Assembly: GCA_963514005.1 (NCBI GenBank)
Contig: OY740791.1
Location: 39,928,001 to 39,992,000 of the forward strand
Source: Raja brachyura
Lineage: Eukaryota
Length of the DNA: 64,000 nucleotides
Direction: 5' to 3'
Positions within the stretch are counted from its first letter, which is position 1; each line of letters begins with the position of its first letter. This document shows, piece by piece, positions 1 to 12,790 of this stretch. Under the pieces are notes generated by a model. That model did not search any database, was not told where the DNA came from, and saw only the letters and a list, made by a program, of their open reading frames with translations. The position numbers and the translations under genes are program-made.

Positions 1-827
1 TTTATTAACTAGAGTAGTTTAAAAATTACCTTCTAAACCCGGTGAAAGCTGATAGCAGAACAGACCTAACGTACGCGATAAAAGAAGGTACACAGTTTAT
101 TTTTACATAAAAACGTGGTTCTTAGGAAGCATTTAATCACATTTTCATGTTGCGAAAAGGGGACAAACAAAATGTATGAACCAGCTGTATTTTTCATACC
201 GACTTCACCGCAAACCACAACGTTCCAATCCACCACATTCCACTAAAACCCACTTGCTAGTTGATTTAAATGGCCATTAATTTACAGGCATTACACACTA
301 AATTCCTTCCATTTGGCCTATAAATTCATGAAAATGAGATTTTAAAATCATGTTATATTGTGGATTATTGTGTGAATGTTATTTGGACACTTAGGCAATT
401 TAAAAAAGTTTATTTTTTCTTAAGAAATGGATAGATGTTTAGATCTAGTAATTGAATTTTGTAATTAGCAACAATTAGATAACTAACTAATTATATGCTT
501 TAATTTCAGGTCATCCAAGTAAGATTGTTTCATATTTGTTTCAGAATGCTTCAATCTATAATAACTGAAATTTTCATTGCGTTCTCTTAATTTTTAAGAA
601 AGTTATGGGCTTTTGACCGTTCTAGATCACAGCTTTTGAGTTAAGTCAATGGAAAGGCAATGGGGAACAAGATGCTAATTTTCGAGTATGAAAATGGCCA
701 TAAATTTTTTTAATACTGAAGATATGAAAGTGAATTAGGTTTCAAATTAAACTGCTTTTTATGCCTTATCTGATTGGATAAATTGCAGACTTGATTTTTT
801 AAATCTCAAAATTTTGTAACATTGCTA
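1..827 (+). mobile_element. Non-autonomous DNA transposon (hAT-like), right part; same family as 11597-18735
   Basis: Colinear with 11800-12404 plus 18524-18735. Ends in TTGTAACATTGCTA, the right TIR. The left end lies outside the window. Confidence 0.8.
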
Positions 828-929
828 CATTTGCCGGAAGTTAGGATGTCCTCCAGATGGATTGAGCGGCTCCGTGCGTCACGCCCTTTGACCCAGTGAC
901 CTTCCGTGCTCCCCGCTCTTCGACACAAG

Positions 930-1070
930 AGGCAGCTTAACCCACTCGCATCTTCGAACCTGGGAGAAAACCAGAACACGAGGGGAAACTGGTGGAGAAC
1001 CTGCGAACTCCACGCAGGTGGCACTGGCGGGTGGGATCGAACCTGGGTGACTACAGCTGTGAGGAAACTG
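930..1070 (-). mobile_element. tRNA-derived SINE fragment (V-SINE-like) abutting the truncated TIM exon
   Basis: Minus strand reads CCAGGTTCGATCC (B-box-like) followed by GTGGAGTTCGCAGGTTCTCC, resembling the V-SINE core. Confidence 0.55.
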
Positions 1071-1949
1071 CCGGGTATCCTCGCACTGGTGATCCGGTGA
1101 CAAGGGCCACTCGACCTGAAACAGTCCGGGAAAAGACAGTTATAGCCGGCGCTGAGTGATGAGATGGGGAGAGGCCACAGTGTGACAACCCGTCCCAGCG
1201 CTGAGAAAATGAGCCCGTTACCGCATGCGGCAATTGGGAATATAGTGAAAGGGTTTCTATTTATCGGGATGTGCGTATTGCAGGCAGATCCAGTATTTAC
1301 CCCCCAACCCCATTTTATCCCAGGGTAAGTGGTGGCGAGCGGCCGTCTCCAATCGCTGCATTTCTGTAGCAGCTTTGACACAACCGGTCGGCTTGTGAAG
1401 CAATTTCAGGGACGGACACGGGGACATATGGGACAGGGACTGACACACATTGTGTTCCCTGAATGACTCCTGGGAAGCAAATATTTTCGTCTCTTGACAT
1501 TTTGTTCACATTTCATTTCATTCGATTCCAAACTCCCCGGGTAGGACCGGAACAAACAATTCGGGTCACAGCTCCAGCCTTTGGTCTATTTGTCGTTAAC
1601 AAACCCATTGAGCTGACAAAACCAGTGGAACAGATTCGGAGCCGAATATCCTCAATGCCGTCAGATCAGCGCCGACCTGAACTTCAACTCCAACCCCGTT
1701 AGTTCACCCCTCGACCTTCTCAACTCCAGGGGACGGAGCCCGTCCTCGCGATCAGACCCGGCATCACTCGGTGACTCGGCTGGACCCCCTCGGGCCCCTC
1801 GGTTACGCACAGACAGACACATCTCACTTACTGCATTCCAGGGATTTTAAATAACACGATTTGACAAAACAATTCAATTCCTGACTCGGAAACGTACCTA
1901 AAATAAGAGATACTACGATCAAATGAGCCACACCGCCAGTAACAACCAT
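1071..1949 (-). pseudogene. TIM/HAVCR-family copy A: leader exon 1898-1949 plus the first 45 nt of the IgV exon (1071-1115), then truncated
   Basis: Leader MVVTGGVAHLIVVSLIL ends in a phase-1 donor G|gtacgt. Acceptor tgtttcag|GTCGAGTGGCC is identical to that of the intact IgV exon at 26219. Homology stops at GGATACCCGG, where SINE sequence begins. Confidence 0.75.
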
Positions 1950-1959
1950 CGCGCTGGAC

Positions 1960-2050
1960 ACTGTAGTGCTGGAGTAACTCAGCGGGTCAGGCAGCATTTC
2001 TGGAGAGAAGGAATAGGTGACGTTCCGGGTCGGGCCCCTTCTTCAGACTC
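1960..2050 (-). repeat. Penelope-derived short repeat with a degenerate hammerhead core
   Basis: GCTGGAGTAACTCAGCGGGTCAGGCAGCAT...CCCTTCTTCAGACT motif, also found near 4340, 7180, 9450, 10165, 35835, 37210 and 41050. Confidence 0.7.
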
Positions 2051-3059
2051 GAAGGCACTGTCACGGCCGCTCTCTGTGCTGTCGCTGGGCCACACCCTGT
2101 CCTGTGGCTGTTGCTTCCTACTTGACGGGGACACGTGTTTGCTTCACAGTATCGTTAACCAACACCCCGGTGAATTGAGGCAAATTATATCAGCCACTCG
2201 GCTCCTGCTCTGGCGTAAAATAAATGTCCAACGTGCATTAATTACAACCTCCTTCAGCGTTGCTGTCAATTTAGATCCTCGGATCACTGGTGACAAAATG
2301 CACCGAGCAGATCTCGTGTCTGTCCTGTGCAGTAGCAGTAGGAGAAGTGGAAATGGTGCCAAGTGCCGACTGGCTGGGTCGCTGCTCCACCTGTCCTGGG
2401 ATTTAGTGCCACTTTTCAATGTTTTATCTGGGAAGAGAATGCGATGAAGTGGGGAGAAAGCGAGAGTCTCCGGGCATTTTGTGTCTGTCTCCGGGAGAGT
2501 GAGATAATATTTCTAGCATTTTCATAATCGTACTTTATTAGCCAAGTATGTTTTGCAACATATGAGGAATTTCATTTGCCATACAGTGATACCAATAAAA
2601 AGCAACAGATCACACAAAATACATTTTAACATAAACATCCACCACAGTGACTCCTCCACATTCCTCACTGTGATGGAAGGAGAAAAAATGTTAAATTTCT
2701 TCCGCTTCTTTGGTCTTCCGCAGTCGGGGGACTCAAGCCTACCGTTGACGGGATGATCTTGGCTCCCGTAGCCAGTGGTCGGGCCCTCCGTGTCGGGACA
2801 ATCAAGCTCCTGCATCGGGGGGGGGGGATCTCAGCTCCCCCACGACGGGCGATCTGACCCCGGGTCGGGGCTGGTGTGAGCTCCTCAATGATGAAATCTG
2901 CAGTTGGAGCGTCGATCCCAGGCAAGGGATTGGCTCCAATGTTAAGTCCACATCCCCGTCTGTTTCTATTATCACTCCAGGCTGCACTAACGGTTTCATT
3001 CTGCACACTGGAGTCTCTAAACTGGAATAATGTGAGCCCCAAACCTGGTTTATCCTGGG

Positions 3060-3720
3060 CTGTTGTTATAACCATGACATTAGAAGTGGTAATACAGGTG
3101 GATAGAGCGGTAAAGAAGGCATCTGATATGCTTGTTTTCATAGGTTGGGGCATTGAGTATAAGAGTCAAGAGTATAAGATGTATATTTACAGAACTTTGG
3201 CTGGGCTGCATTTAGAGTATTGTGTGCATTGCTGGTTGTCCCTGTGACAGGAGGGACGTGGAGGCTTTGGAAAGGGTGCAGAGGAGATTTACCAGAATGA
3301 TGCCTTGATCAGGAGGTATTAACTTCTGGGAGACGTTGGACAAACTTGGATTATTTTCTGTGCAACTGGAGATTGCGGGCAGAGATGATAGAAGTATGGC
3401 CAATATGAGGTGTGGATAGGGTGGATGGTCAGAATCGCTATCCCAGGATGGTTAAATCAAATACTGTAGGGCATAGTATTAAGGTGAGATGGGCAAAGTT
3501 TAAAGGAGTTTTGCAGGGCAAGTTTTTTACACAAAGATGGTGAGCACTTGGAATGCACTGCTGAAGGTAATGATTGAAGCACATACGTTAGTGTTCAAGA
3601 GACTTTCGGATAGGCATATGGATTTACAGGGGATGGAGGGATATGATTTATTATGCAAGTAGACAAGGGTTGGTCTTGGCATCATGTTTGGCACAGACGT
3701 TGTGCTGACCTGTTACATGT
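3060..3720 (+). mobile_element. Old CR1 LINE 3' fragment
   Basis: Translates to AVKKASDMLVFIGWGIEYKS...LHLEYCVHCW, the CR1 ORF2 C-terminus. Confidence 0.8.
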
Positions 3721-4339
3721 TCTATGTCCTATGACTGATCCCTGTGCTGGGGTCAGACCCAGGTCCTCTTGGATATGGAAGTGGGTGTATCAGGTACGTG
3801 GTGCACTCCACCCCCACACCCCCACCCCCAGCCCCCCAGGCAGCTCACTGCTAAAGAATAGCTGAATATCAGATCCCCAAATAGGGTAATCGATGAACGG
3901 TAGATAGGTGTGAGGAATAAGTGGTGTGAGGTGAGTGAGAAATTGGGGAAGTAATTGAAAGTGTGAGGATTGAGAGAAGTAAATGAGTCCAAAGAGACTG
4001 CAGAACAAAACAGTGGATTTGGTTTTGAGAGCTATTCAGTTCCCTTTGATGAGAAACAACATGTCAAGCTGTGAAATGTGATGTGGGGATGATCACGGGG
4101 ATCTCAATACAGAGAAGCAAAGGGAGATGAGGAGGAGTTTCGGGAAAGATCAGCAGGATTCATTCACAGTTGGCAACACTTTCTCCACATCACATCAACA
4201 AAAATAAAACTTCTAAAACAGCAGCAGAATGATGCTGGGTTTCCATTTGCACACTGCACTGGGTGGTGATCTCGAAGGTGGCATAGGAATAGCAGCAGCT
4301 AACTCCTCACACAGTGGGAGCAGCAATGTAACAGTGGTA

Positions 4340-4497
4340 GATAGACGCAAAAATCTGGAGTAACTCAGCAGGACAGGCAGCATGTCTGGAGAGAAGGAAT
4401 GGGTGACGTTTCGAGTCAAGACCCTTCTTCAGACAAGTTACTCCAGCTTTTTGTGTCTATCTTCGGTTTAAACCAGCATCTGCAGTACCTTCCTACA
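4340..4497. repeat. Penelope-derived short repeat, partial inverted pair
   Basis: CTGGAGTAACTCAGC...CTTCTTCAGAC followed by the inverted GTTACTCCAGCTTTTTGTGTCTATC. Confidence 0.65.
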
Positions 4498-5012
4498 TAT
4501 GTGATGGAACAGTGGTAGAGTGACCATGCGACAAGACCATGGACCCTGTAGCAACGTCAAAGCAACAATTAAAGAGTAACAAGATCACACTGACAATTCT
4601 GCAACAGAGTTGTCACAGTGTCAACATGAGAGCAACATTACACCAGCTGCAGTATCATGTTGGCATCATCGACCTGATGGAGAAGTAATTTCCCTACACC
4701 CATCCTCAGAGTTCAGTCAGAATCCGTCTGGGATGGAAAACCCATTCATGCATGTGGAGCGGCACAACACAGAACTCTGGAAATGTTGTTAAATCTAACC
4801 AAAAGCCACAAATAATATAAGTTCAACACAATAAATAATATGACACTAGATTATACTTAAAACTTCCAGAAGAATTTTAAATACTACAGATTGCCGTGCT
4901 CTAATGAGACCTCTGCACTCTGTACCTTGCACAGCTTTAACACTAATTGCAACTCCAGACATCTCTGTCCCTGCACAGGTGGTCAATTCAGTGTGTGGAC
5001 AAAAGTGTTGGA

Positions 5013-7169
5013 GAAACATAGAAATTAGGTGCAGGAGTAGGCCATTCGGCCCTTCGAGCCTGCACCGCCATTCAATATGATCATGGCTGATAATCCAACT
5101 CAGTATCCCGTACCTGCCTTTGCTCCATACCCTCTGATCCCCTTAGCCACAAGGGCCACATCTAACTCCCTCTTAAATATAGCCAATGAACTGGCCTCAA
5201 CTACCCTCTGTGGCAGAGAGTTCCAGATACTCACCACTCTCTGTGTGAAAAAAGTCTTTCTCATCTCGGTCTTAAAGGATTTCCCCCTTATCCTTAAGCT
5301 GTGACACCTTGTCCTGGACTTCCCCAACATCGGGAACAATCTTCCTGCATCTAGCCTGTCCAACCCCTTAAGAATTTTATAAGTTTCTATAAGATCCCCT
5401 CTCAATCTCCTAAATTCTAGAGAGTATAAACCGAGTCTATCCAGTCTTTCTTCATAAGACAGTCCTGACATCCCAGGAAACAGTCTGGTGAACCTTCTCT
5501 GCACTCCCTCTATGGCAATAATGTCCTTCCTCAGATCAAAACTGTACGCAATACTCCAGGTGTGGTCTCACCAAGACCCTGTATAACTGAAGTAGAACCT
5601 CCCTGCTCCTATACTCAAATCCTTTTGCTATGAAAGCTAACATACCATTCGTTCACTGCTTGCTGCACCTGCATGCCTACTTTCAATGACTGGTGTACCA
5701 TGACACCCAGGTCTCGCTGGATCTCCCCTTTTCCTAATCGACCAGCATTTAGATAATAGTCTGCTTTTCTGTTTTTGCCACCAAAGTGGATAACCTCACA
5801 TTTATCCACATTATACTGCATCTGCCAAACATTTGCCCACTCACCCAGCCTATCCAAGTCACCTTGCAGTCTCCTAGCATCCTCCTCACAGCTAACACTG
5901 CCCCCCAGCTTAGTGTCATCTGCAAACTTGGAGATATTGCCTTCAATTCCCTCATCCTGATCATTAATATATATTGTAAATAGCTGGGGTCCCAGCACGG
6001 AGCCTTGCGGTACCCCACTAGTCACTGCCTGCCATTGTGAAAAGGACCCATTTACTCCTACTATTTGCTTCCAGTTTGCCAGCCAGTTCTCTATCCACAT
6101 CAATACTGAACCCCCAATGCCGTATGCTTTAAATTTGTATACTAATCTCTTATGTGGGACCTTGTCGAAAGCCTTCTGGAAGTCTAGATACACCACATCC
6201 ACTGGTTCTCCCTTATCCACTCTACTAGTTACATCCTCTAAAAATTCCACAAGATTCGTCAGACATGATTTACCTTTCGTAAATTCATGCTGACTTTGTC
6301 CAATGATTTCACCACATTCCAAATGTGCTCCTATCCCATCTTTAATAACTAGCAGTTTCCCCACTACCGATGTTAGACTAACTGGTCTGTAATTCCCCGT
6401 TTTCTCTCTCCCTCCCTTCTTAAAAAGAGGGGTTACGTTTGCTACCCGCCAATTCTCAGGAACTATTCCAGAATCTAAAGAGGTTTGAAAGATTAGCACT
6501 AATGCATCCACTATTTCCGGAGCTATTTCCTTACGTTCTCTGGGATGCAGCCTATCTGGCCTTTAATCCATTCAATTTACCCAACACCACTTCCCGACTA
6601 ACCTGGATTTCACTCAATTCATCCTTTTACCCGCGGTCCCCTGCTATTTCCGGCAGATTATTTATGTCTTCAAAGAACCAAAGTTATTCAATTGGTCTGC
6701 CATATCCTTGTTCCCCATGATCAACTCACCTGTTTCTGACTGCAAGGGACCTACATTTGTTTTAACTCATCTCTTTCTCTTCACATATCTATAAGAACTT
6801 TTGCAGTCAGTTTTTATGTTCCCTGACAGTTTTCTTTCATAATCTATTTTTCCTTTCCTAATTAAGCCCTTTTTTCCTCCTCTGCTGGTCTCTGAATTTC
6901 TCCCAGTCCTCTGGTATGCTGCTTTTTCTGGCTACTTTGTAAGCATCATCCTTTGCTTTGATACTATCCCTGATTTCCCTTGTTATCCACGGATGCACTA
7001 CCTTCCCTGATTTATTCTTTTGCCAAACTGGGATGAACAATTTTTGTAGTTCATCCATGCAGTCTTTAAATGTCTTCCATTGCATATCCACCGTCAACCC
7101 TTGTAGAATTAATTGCCAGTCAATCTTGGCCAATTCACGTCTCATACCCTCAAAGTTACCTTTCTTTAA
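5013..7169 (-). mobile_element. CR1 LINE, 5'-truncated, frameshifted ORF2 (RT)
   Basis: ORFs 5615-6511 (YLDFQKAFDKV, GVPQGSVLGP, FADD), 5100-5504 and 6858-7145. CTATGTTT-type 3' tail at about 5013. Confidence 0.92.
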
Positions 7170-7170
7170 G

Positions 7171-7920
7171 TAGGGTGAGCGGGTGAGGCAGCAACTATGG
7201 AGCGAATGAATAGGTGACGTTTTGAGTTGAGACCCTTCTTCAGACTAATGTGGGGTGGGTGGAGGGGGAGGGTGGCGGGAAGAAGAAAGGAAGAGTTGGA
7301 GACAGTAGGCTGTGGGAGAGTTGGGAAGGGGAGGGGAAGGAGGGGGAAAGCAAGGACTACCTGAAATTGGAGAAGTCAATGTTCATACCGCTGGGGTGTA
7401 AACCTCTCAAGCGAAATATGAGGTGCTGTTCCTCCAATTTGCGGTGGGACACACACTCTGGCCACGGAGGAGGCCCAGGACAGAAAGGTCGGATTCGGAA
7501 TGGGAGGGAGAGTTGAAGTCTGAGCCACCGGGAGATCAGGTAGGTTAATGCAAACTGTGCGGAGGTGTTGGGCGAAGCGATCGCCAAGCCTGTGCTTGGT
7601 CTCACCGATGTAGAGCAGTTGACACCCAGAGCAGCTGATGAAATAGATGAGGTTGGAGGATGTGCAGGTGAATCTCTGCCTCACCTGGAAAGACTGCTAG
7701 GGTCCTTAGATGGGGTCAAGGGGAGAGGTAAAGCGACAAGTGTACCATTTCCTGTGATTGCAAGGGAAAGTACCAGGGGAGGGGGTGGGAAGGGACAAAT
7801 TGACCAAGGAATTATGGAAGGAACGGTCTCCGCGGAAAGCTGAAAGGGGAGGAGATGGGAAAATGTGGCTAGTGGTGGGGTCCCGTTTGAGATGGCAAAA
7901 ATGTCGGAGGATTATCTGTG
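7171..7920 (-). mobile_element. Penelope-like element 3' part (GIY-YIG endonuclease)
   Basis: FTCTSSNLIYFISCSGCQLLYIGETKHRLGDRFAQH and the C-terminal RKLEEQHLIFRL...GMNIDFSNFR. Confidence 0.88.
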
Positions 7921-8579
7921 TAGTTCACTTGCAAGCTACCCTACAACATTAACTATTGCTTAACCTTTAGGTCAAGATTATTTTAGAGAGAGATCTTACC
8001 AAGACAACCACAGGATGTTCTCTCTTTTGCTCTTTGCAAGCCGCCCTCTCGCTGTGTCATTTCTTTATACGTATGATAAATATGAAGCCTGTTTCATCTA
8101 GACTATTGGCTAATGCTGAGTGGGCCGGAATAAACAAATTAAAGAAAAATAATGATTAAAATATTATGGGTTGGAACAATAGCAACCACAAATTGCCAGT
8201 CCTGATGCAATAGAGAAAAAAAAGCAAGTTATCTGAAGTTGATGAATTCAATATTTATTACTACAAACAAAACGTGCTCAGACAAAACATGAAATGTTCT
8301 TACTTGAGGTTATGCCGGGCCTCATAATAGTGCAGAAGGCCACATACACACACAGAGGCCAAAGTGTGAGCAGAATGGTGATTTTAAATGGCAGACAATC
8401 GGAAGCTCAGGGTTACCCCTTCTGACTGAGTTCAGGTGTTCTGCAAATTGATTACCCGATCTGTGTTTGGTCTCTACAATGTAGTGGAGGCCACATTGTA
8501 AACATCAAAAGCAACAGACTAGATTGGAAGAAGTGCAAGTTAACTGCTGTCTTCTCTGAATGGTTGGAAGGGATAAGGT

Positions 8580-8900
8580 TTTTAGTTTAGTTTGGTTGAG
8601 AGATACAGCACGGAAAGCGGCCCTTCAGCCCACCGAGTCTGCATCGACCAGCGATCCCAGCACATTCGCACGACCCGACACACAGTAGGGACAGATTTAC
8701 ATTTAAACCAAGCCAACTAACCTACAAACCTCTACGTCTTTGGAATATGGGAGGAAATCGAAGATTTTGGGAAAAATCCCATGCAGGTGATGGGGAGAAT
8801 GTACAAACTCCGTACTGACAAATACCCCATAGTCAGGACCTAATTCAGGTCTCTGGCACTAAGGCAGTAGCTCTACCACTATGCCACCATGCTGCACTAA
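8580..8900 (-). mobile_element. tRNA-derived SINE with CR1-like tail
   Basis: Head GCATGGTGGCATAGTGGTAGAGC on the minus strand, V-SINE-like core, (CTAAA)n tail. Confidence 0.7.
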
Positions 8901-9444
8901 GGTGAAACACAGCAACAGGCCATTCGCTCCACAATGTCCATGCCGAACATGATGCCAGGTTAAACTAATCTTCTCTCCTCCTCTACCTGCATGTGATCCA
9001 TATCCCTAATTCACTGCATATCCACACATCTATCTCAAAACCTCTTTAACACCATAATCGTATCTGCTACCACCCTTGTAGCATGTTCCAGGCACCTTCC
9101 TCTGCAAATAAAGAGCTTGCCCTGCAAATCTCCATGCATCTTTGTCCCACTCTCCTTAAAGCTGTGCCCTCTAGTCTTTAACAAAAGATGAGGTGTTGAT
9201 CCTGCTGTATATGTTGGGCCTCATTGTAGTAATGCAGGAGCCTACAGACAGAACGGTTGGAGTAAGAATGCCAAAGTAATCAGAAGTTTTACTCCCTGAG
9301 GAATATGTTCTGACTGTCTATCATATCTATGCCTCTCATAATTTTATATACCTCTATCAAATCTCCCCTCAATCTCTGACACAATTCAATAAACAACAGT
9401 TGTGGTTGCATGGGAAAGTGCCCAACAATGGGAAGTAGAGAAGA

Positions 9445-9675
9445 AGACACAAAGAGTTTAGTAACTCAGGTCAGGAAGCATCTCTGGAGAATATGGATAG
9501 GTGACGATTCAGGTCGGGATCCTTCTTCAGACTGAAGAAGAGTCCCATCAGTCTGAAGAACGGTCCTGACCCCAAACTTCACTTACCCATATTCATCAGA
9601 GATGGTGCTTGAGCTGCTGAGTTAATCCAGCACTTTGTGTCTTTTTTTGTACACCAGCATCTGCAGTTTCTTGTT
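9445..9675. repeat. Palindromic Penelope-derived element (two inverted arms)
   Basis: GACACAAAG...TCTTCAGACTGA mirrored by TCAGTCTGAAGA...CTTTGTGTC. Confidence 0.7.
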
Positions 9676-10164
9676 TCTATAATGTGGGAGAGTGGACCAG
9701 AGTGTTGAGAAGGGAACAATGTTTAAAATGCTGAAAGGCAAAGGGAGGGAATGTGTGATTGGTGGTGGAATTTTGTTGGAACTGGTGAAAATTGCATAGG
9801 ATGATATGTTGAGTGCACAAATTGGTGGGGCCAAATGCAAAGACTAGGGATGATCTGTTCTTTCCAAAATCATTATTCCATGGCTACATTACTCCAACAC
9901 ATTACTGACATTCCAATTCCCCTTGTTCCACCCATTGCCCTACCCAACCTTCTCTGCGGCAAAGGCAAACTTGCTTTCTCTTTCTCAGTTCGGATAAAGG
10001 GACTTCAAAACAGTTGTTTTTGAAACGTTCAGCACTGACACTGGGTTCCATGCAGCTTTATGGGATAGGTATTTCAGTCAATATATTCGGCTGATCTTTG
10101 ATGAGCTATGTTTATGCCATCTTGTGGACGTTGAAGGAACAGTAGCCACTCGGTGTACAGAGGG

Positions 10165-10325
10165 TTACACAAAAAGCTGGAGAAACTCAGCGGGTGCAGC
10201 AGCATCTAAGGAGCGAAGGAGATGGGCGACGTTTCGGGTCGAGACCCTTCTTCAGACTGGTCAGGGATCAGGGAAACGAGAGATATAAACAGTGATGTGG
10301 AGAGATAAGGAACAATGAGTGAAAG
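10165..10325 (-). repeat. Penelope-derived repeat with an intact hammerhead core motif (10228-10255)
   Basis: Minus strand CTGAAGA-A-GGGTC-TC-GACCC-GAAA-CGTC. Confidence 0.7.
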
Positions 10326-10634
10326 TGTACAGAGTCTACTGGCTGCAGGTACAGTGGGCTTGATGCTGTTCTTATTCAGACTGATGAAGGATGGACCCGA
10401 ATTATACAAAGTTGAAGAACGCTGGTGAATTAACCTTAGATGTTTTACTTGAACTCTACAGGTAGTTACCCATGCAGCAAGTAAGATCTAATTTTCCCAG
10501 TTTATATGACAATTAAATTATCTTGCATCTACAATGAAAACAGATAGATTTTTTGCAGAATGAAGGAAGCACTTTTTTTGCAATACAAGGAGAGGTTGAC
10601 AGAAGCCTCCTCGTGGTGATCCCCGGAAACAGAA

Positions 10635-10883
10635 TTGAGGAAACACTTTTTCTCACAGAGAGTTGTGAGTCTGTGGAATTCTCTGCCTCAGAGGGCAGTG
10701 GAGGCCGGTTCTCTGGATACTTTCAAGAGAAAGCTCGATAGGGCTTTTAAAGATAGCGGAGTCGGGGGGATGTGGGGAGAAGGCAGGAACGGGATACTGA
10801 TTGGGGATGATCAGCCGCGATCACATTGAATGGCGGTGCTGGCTCGAAGGGCGAATGGCCTACTCCGGCACCTATTGTCTATT
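10635..10883 (+). mobile_element. CR1 3' end
   Basis: RKHFFSQRVVSLWNSLPQRAVEA plus CR1 3' UTR. Confidence 0.85.
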
Positions 10884-10929
10884 GACTCGCCACTTGTAGG
10901 GAACTTTGAACTCATTGTTCTGCAACGCT

Positions 10930-11450
10930 CTCAAAGGCTCTATAATTCACTGTGTAAGCCCTGCCCAAGCTTGAAATATCAAAGACCAACACCTGACACT
11001 TCTCATATTTAAATTCAATTTTCAATTTCCTGGTCCATCTACCTAAGTGATCTAGATCCTGGTGTAAACTTGGGTATCCTTCCTAACTGTAACTATCAAT
11101 TTTGGTGTCATCTGCAAATTTACTAATAACATTAACTACGTTGTCATTCAAATCAATAATGTAAATAACAAACAGCAGTGGACTCTGCACCGACTCCTGT
11201 GGTATTCCACTGATTACAAAAAATCTAATCAGGAAACAACCCTCCACAACTACACTTTGACACCTTCCTCCAAGTCTATTTTCAATCCAATTGGCAAACT
11301 CACCTTGAATTCCAGTCACTCTAACCTTTCAGGCTACCATGCAAGACAATCGAAGGCCTTGTTAAAATTCATATAGACTATGTCCACTCCCCTGCCCTCA
11401 TCGTCCTCTAGGTGATCTCTTCAAAAAGACTATCAGTTTTGTGAGACAAA
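10930..11450 (-). mobile_element. Old CR1 RT fragment
   Basis: SGIPQESVQSPLLFVIYI...ISKFADDTK. Confidence 0.8.
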
Positions 11451-12790
11451 TTTGTGAGGCAGCAGTAAAACCACAAGATGGTTTTGAGAAGGGGAGATCT
11501 TGCCTGATGAATCTGCTGGAATTCTTTGAAGAAGTAAATAACAGGACAGACAAAGGAGAGTCAGTTGGTGTTGTAGATTTTCAGAAAGCCTTTGATTAGG
11601 TATGTTACAAAACTTACCTTGAGCAGCGCTCTGCCGCTCTCCGTGTGCGTGACTTTGGCGCCTTTCAGAGGGGGGCGGGCTTAAAGTGCCGTTTTTCCAC
11701 AGGCAGGGAAAATCGATCAATGTCGGGCGATTTCGTTGCGGAAGAAAAATCGCTCCGACATTTCATGAATGAAGGTATTTTTAAATTACTCTAAATTATT
11801 TATTAACTAGAGTAATTTAAAAATCACCTTCAAAAGCTGTGAGCGCCGACAACCGGAAGGATTTTGCGTAGGGGAGAAAAAAAGGTAGTTTATTTTTATA
11901 TTAAAAGTTGGTTTTTCGGGAGGCTTTAATAATATTTTCATGTTGCGAAATGGGGTCCAAAAAAATGTATGAACAAACAGTATTTTTCCTCCCGACTTCA
12001 CCGCTAACTGCAACGTTCCAATCCACCACATTCCACTAAAACCCACTCGCTAGTTGATTTAAATGGCCATTAATTTACAAGCATAAAACACTAAATTCCT
12101 TCCATTTGGCCCAGAAATTCATGAAAATTAGATTTAAAAATTATGTTATATTGTGGATTATTGTGTGAATGTTATTTGGACACTTAGGCAATTTAAAAAA
12201 AGTTTATATTTTCTTAAGTAATGGATAGATGTTTAGATCTACTCATTGAATTTTGTAATTAGCTACAATTAGATAACTAATTATATGCTTTAATTTCAGG
12301 TCATCCAAGTAAGATTGTTTCATATTTGTTTCAGAATGCTTAGATCTATAATAACTGAAAATTTCATTCAGTTCTCTTAATTTTTAAGAAAGTTATGGGC
12401 TTTTTTTTTTTGAATAATTTTTTTATTAGCAATAAACAATTCTCAATGTTTAAAACTGAGTTATAAACATCAACTTAAATCAATATTTGTACTCTAATGA
12501 TTATTATCTTTTTTTTTTTGAAAATAAAAGTGGGTAAAGAGAAATACCATTATTAATCAATAAAATTATAATTCCTTAATAATTATTTGGTATAAAAGAA
12601 AAAGAAAAAATGAAGAAAAAGAAAAAAGACATATTATGTATATATATCAATTAAAAGCCACACAATATATTATAAATGAAACAACTACAAATAATAATAT
12701 CAGTAAAGACATGCATATATCCTGGTATACCAATACATTATTTTCATCAAATCCCGCAGGGTGTCAGTCGAGCCGTGATGCCAAGAACAG

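Noticed and set aside
806-1381. 191-aa ORF duplicated at 26126-26485
   Set aside because: An off-frame reading through TIM intron 1. The duplication reflects the recombined segment, not a gene.
7999-8097. Possible TIM TM exon with a TTG|gtaaga donor
   Set aside because: Poor polypyrimidine tract, stops in all frames, and the hydrophobic run is too short.
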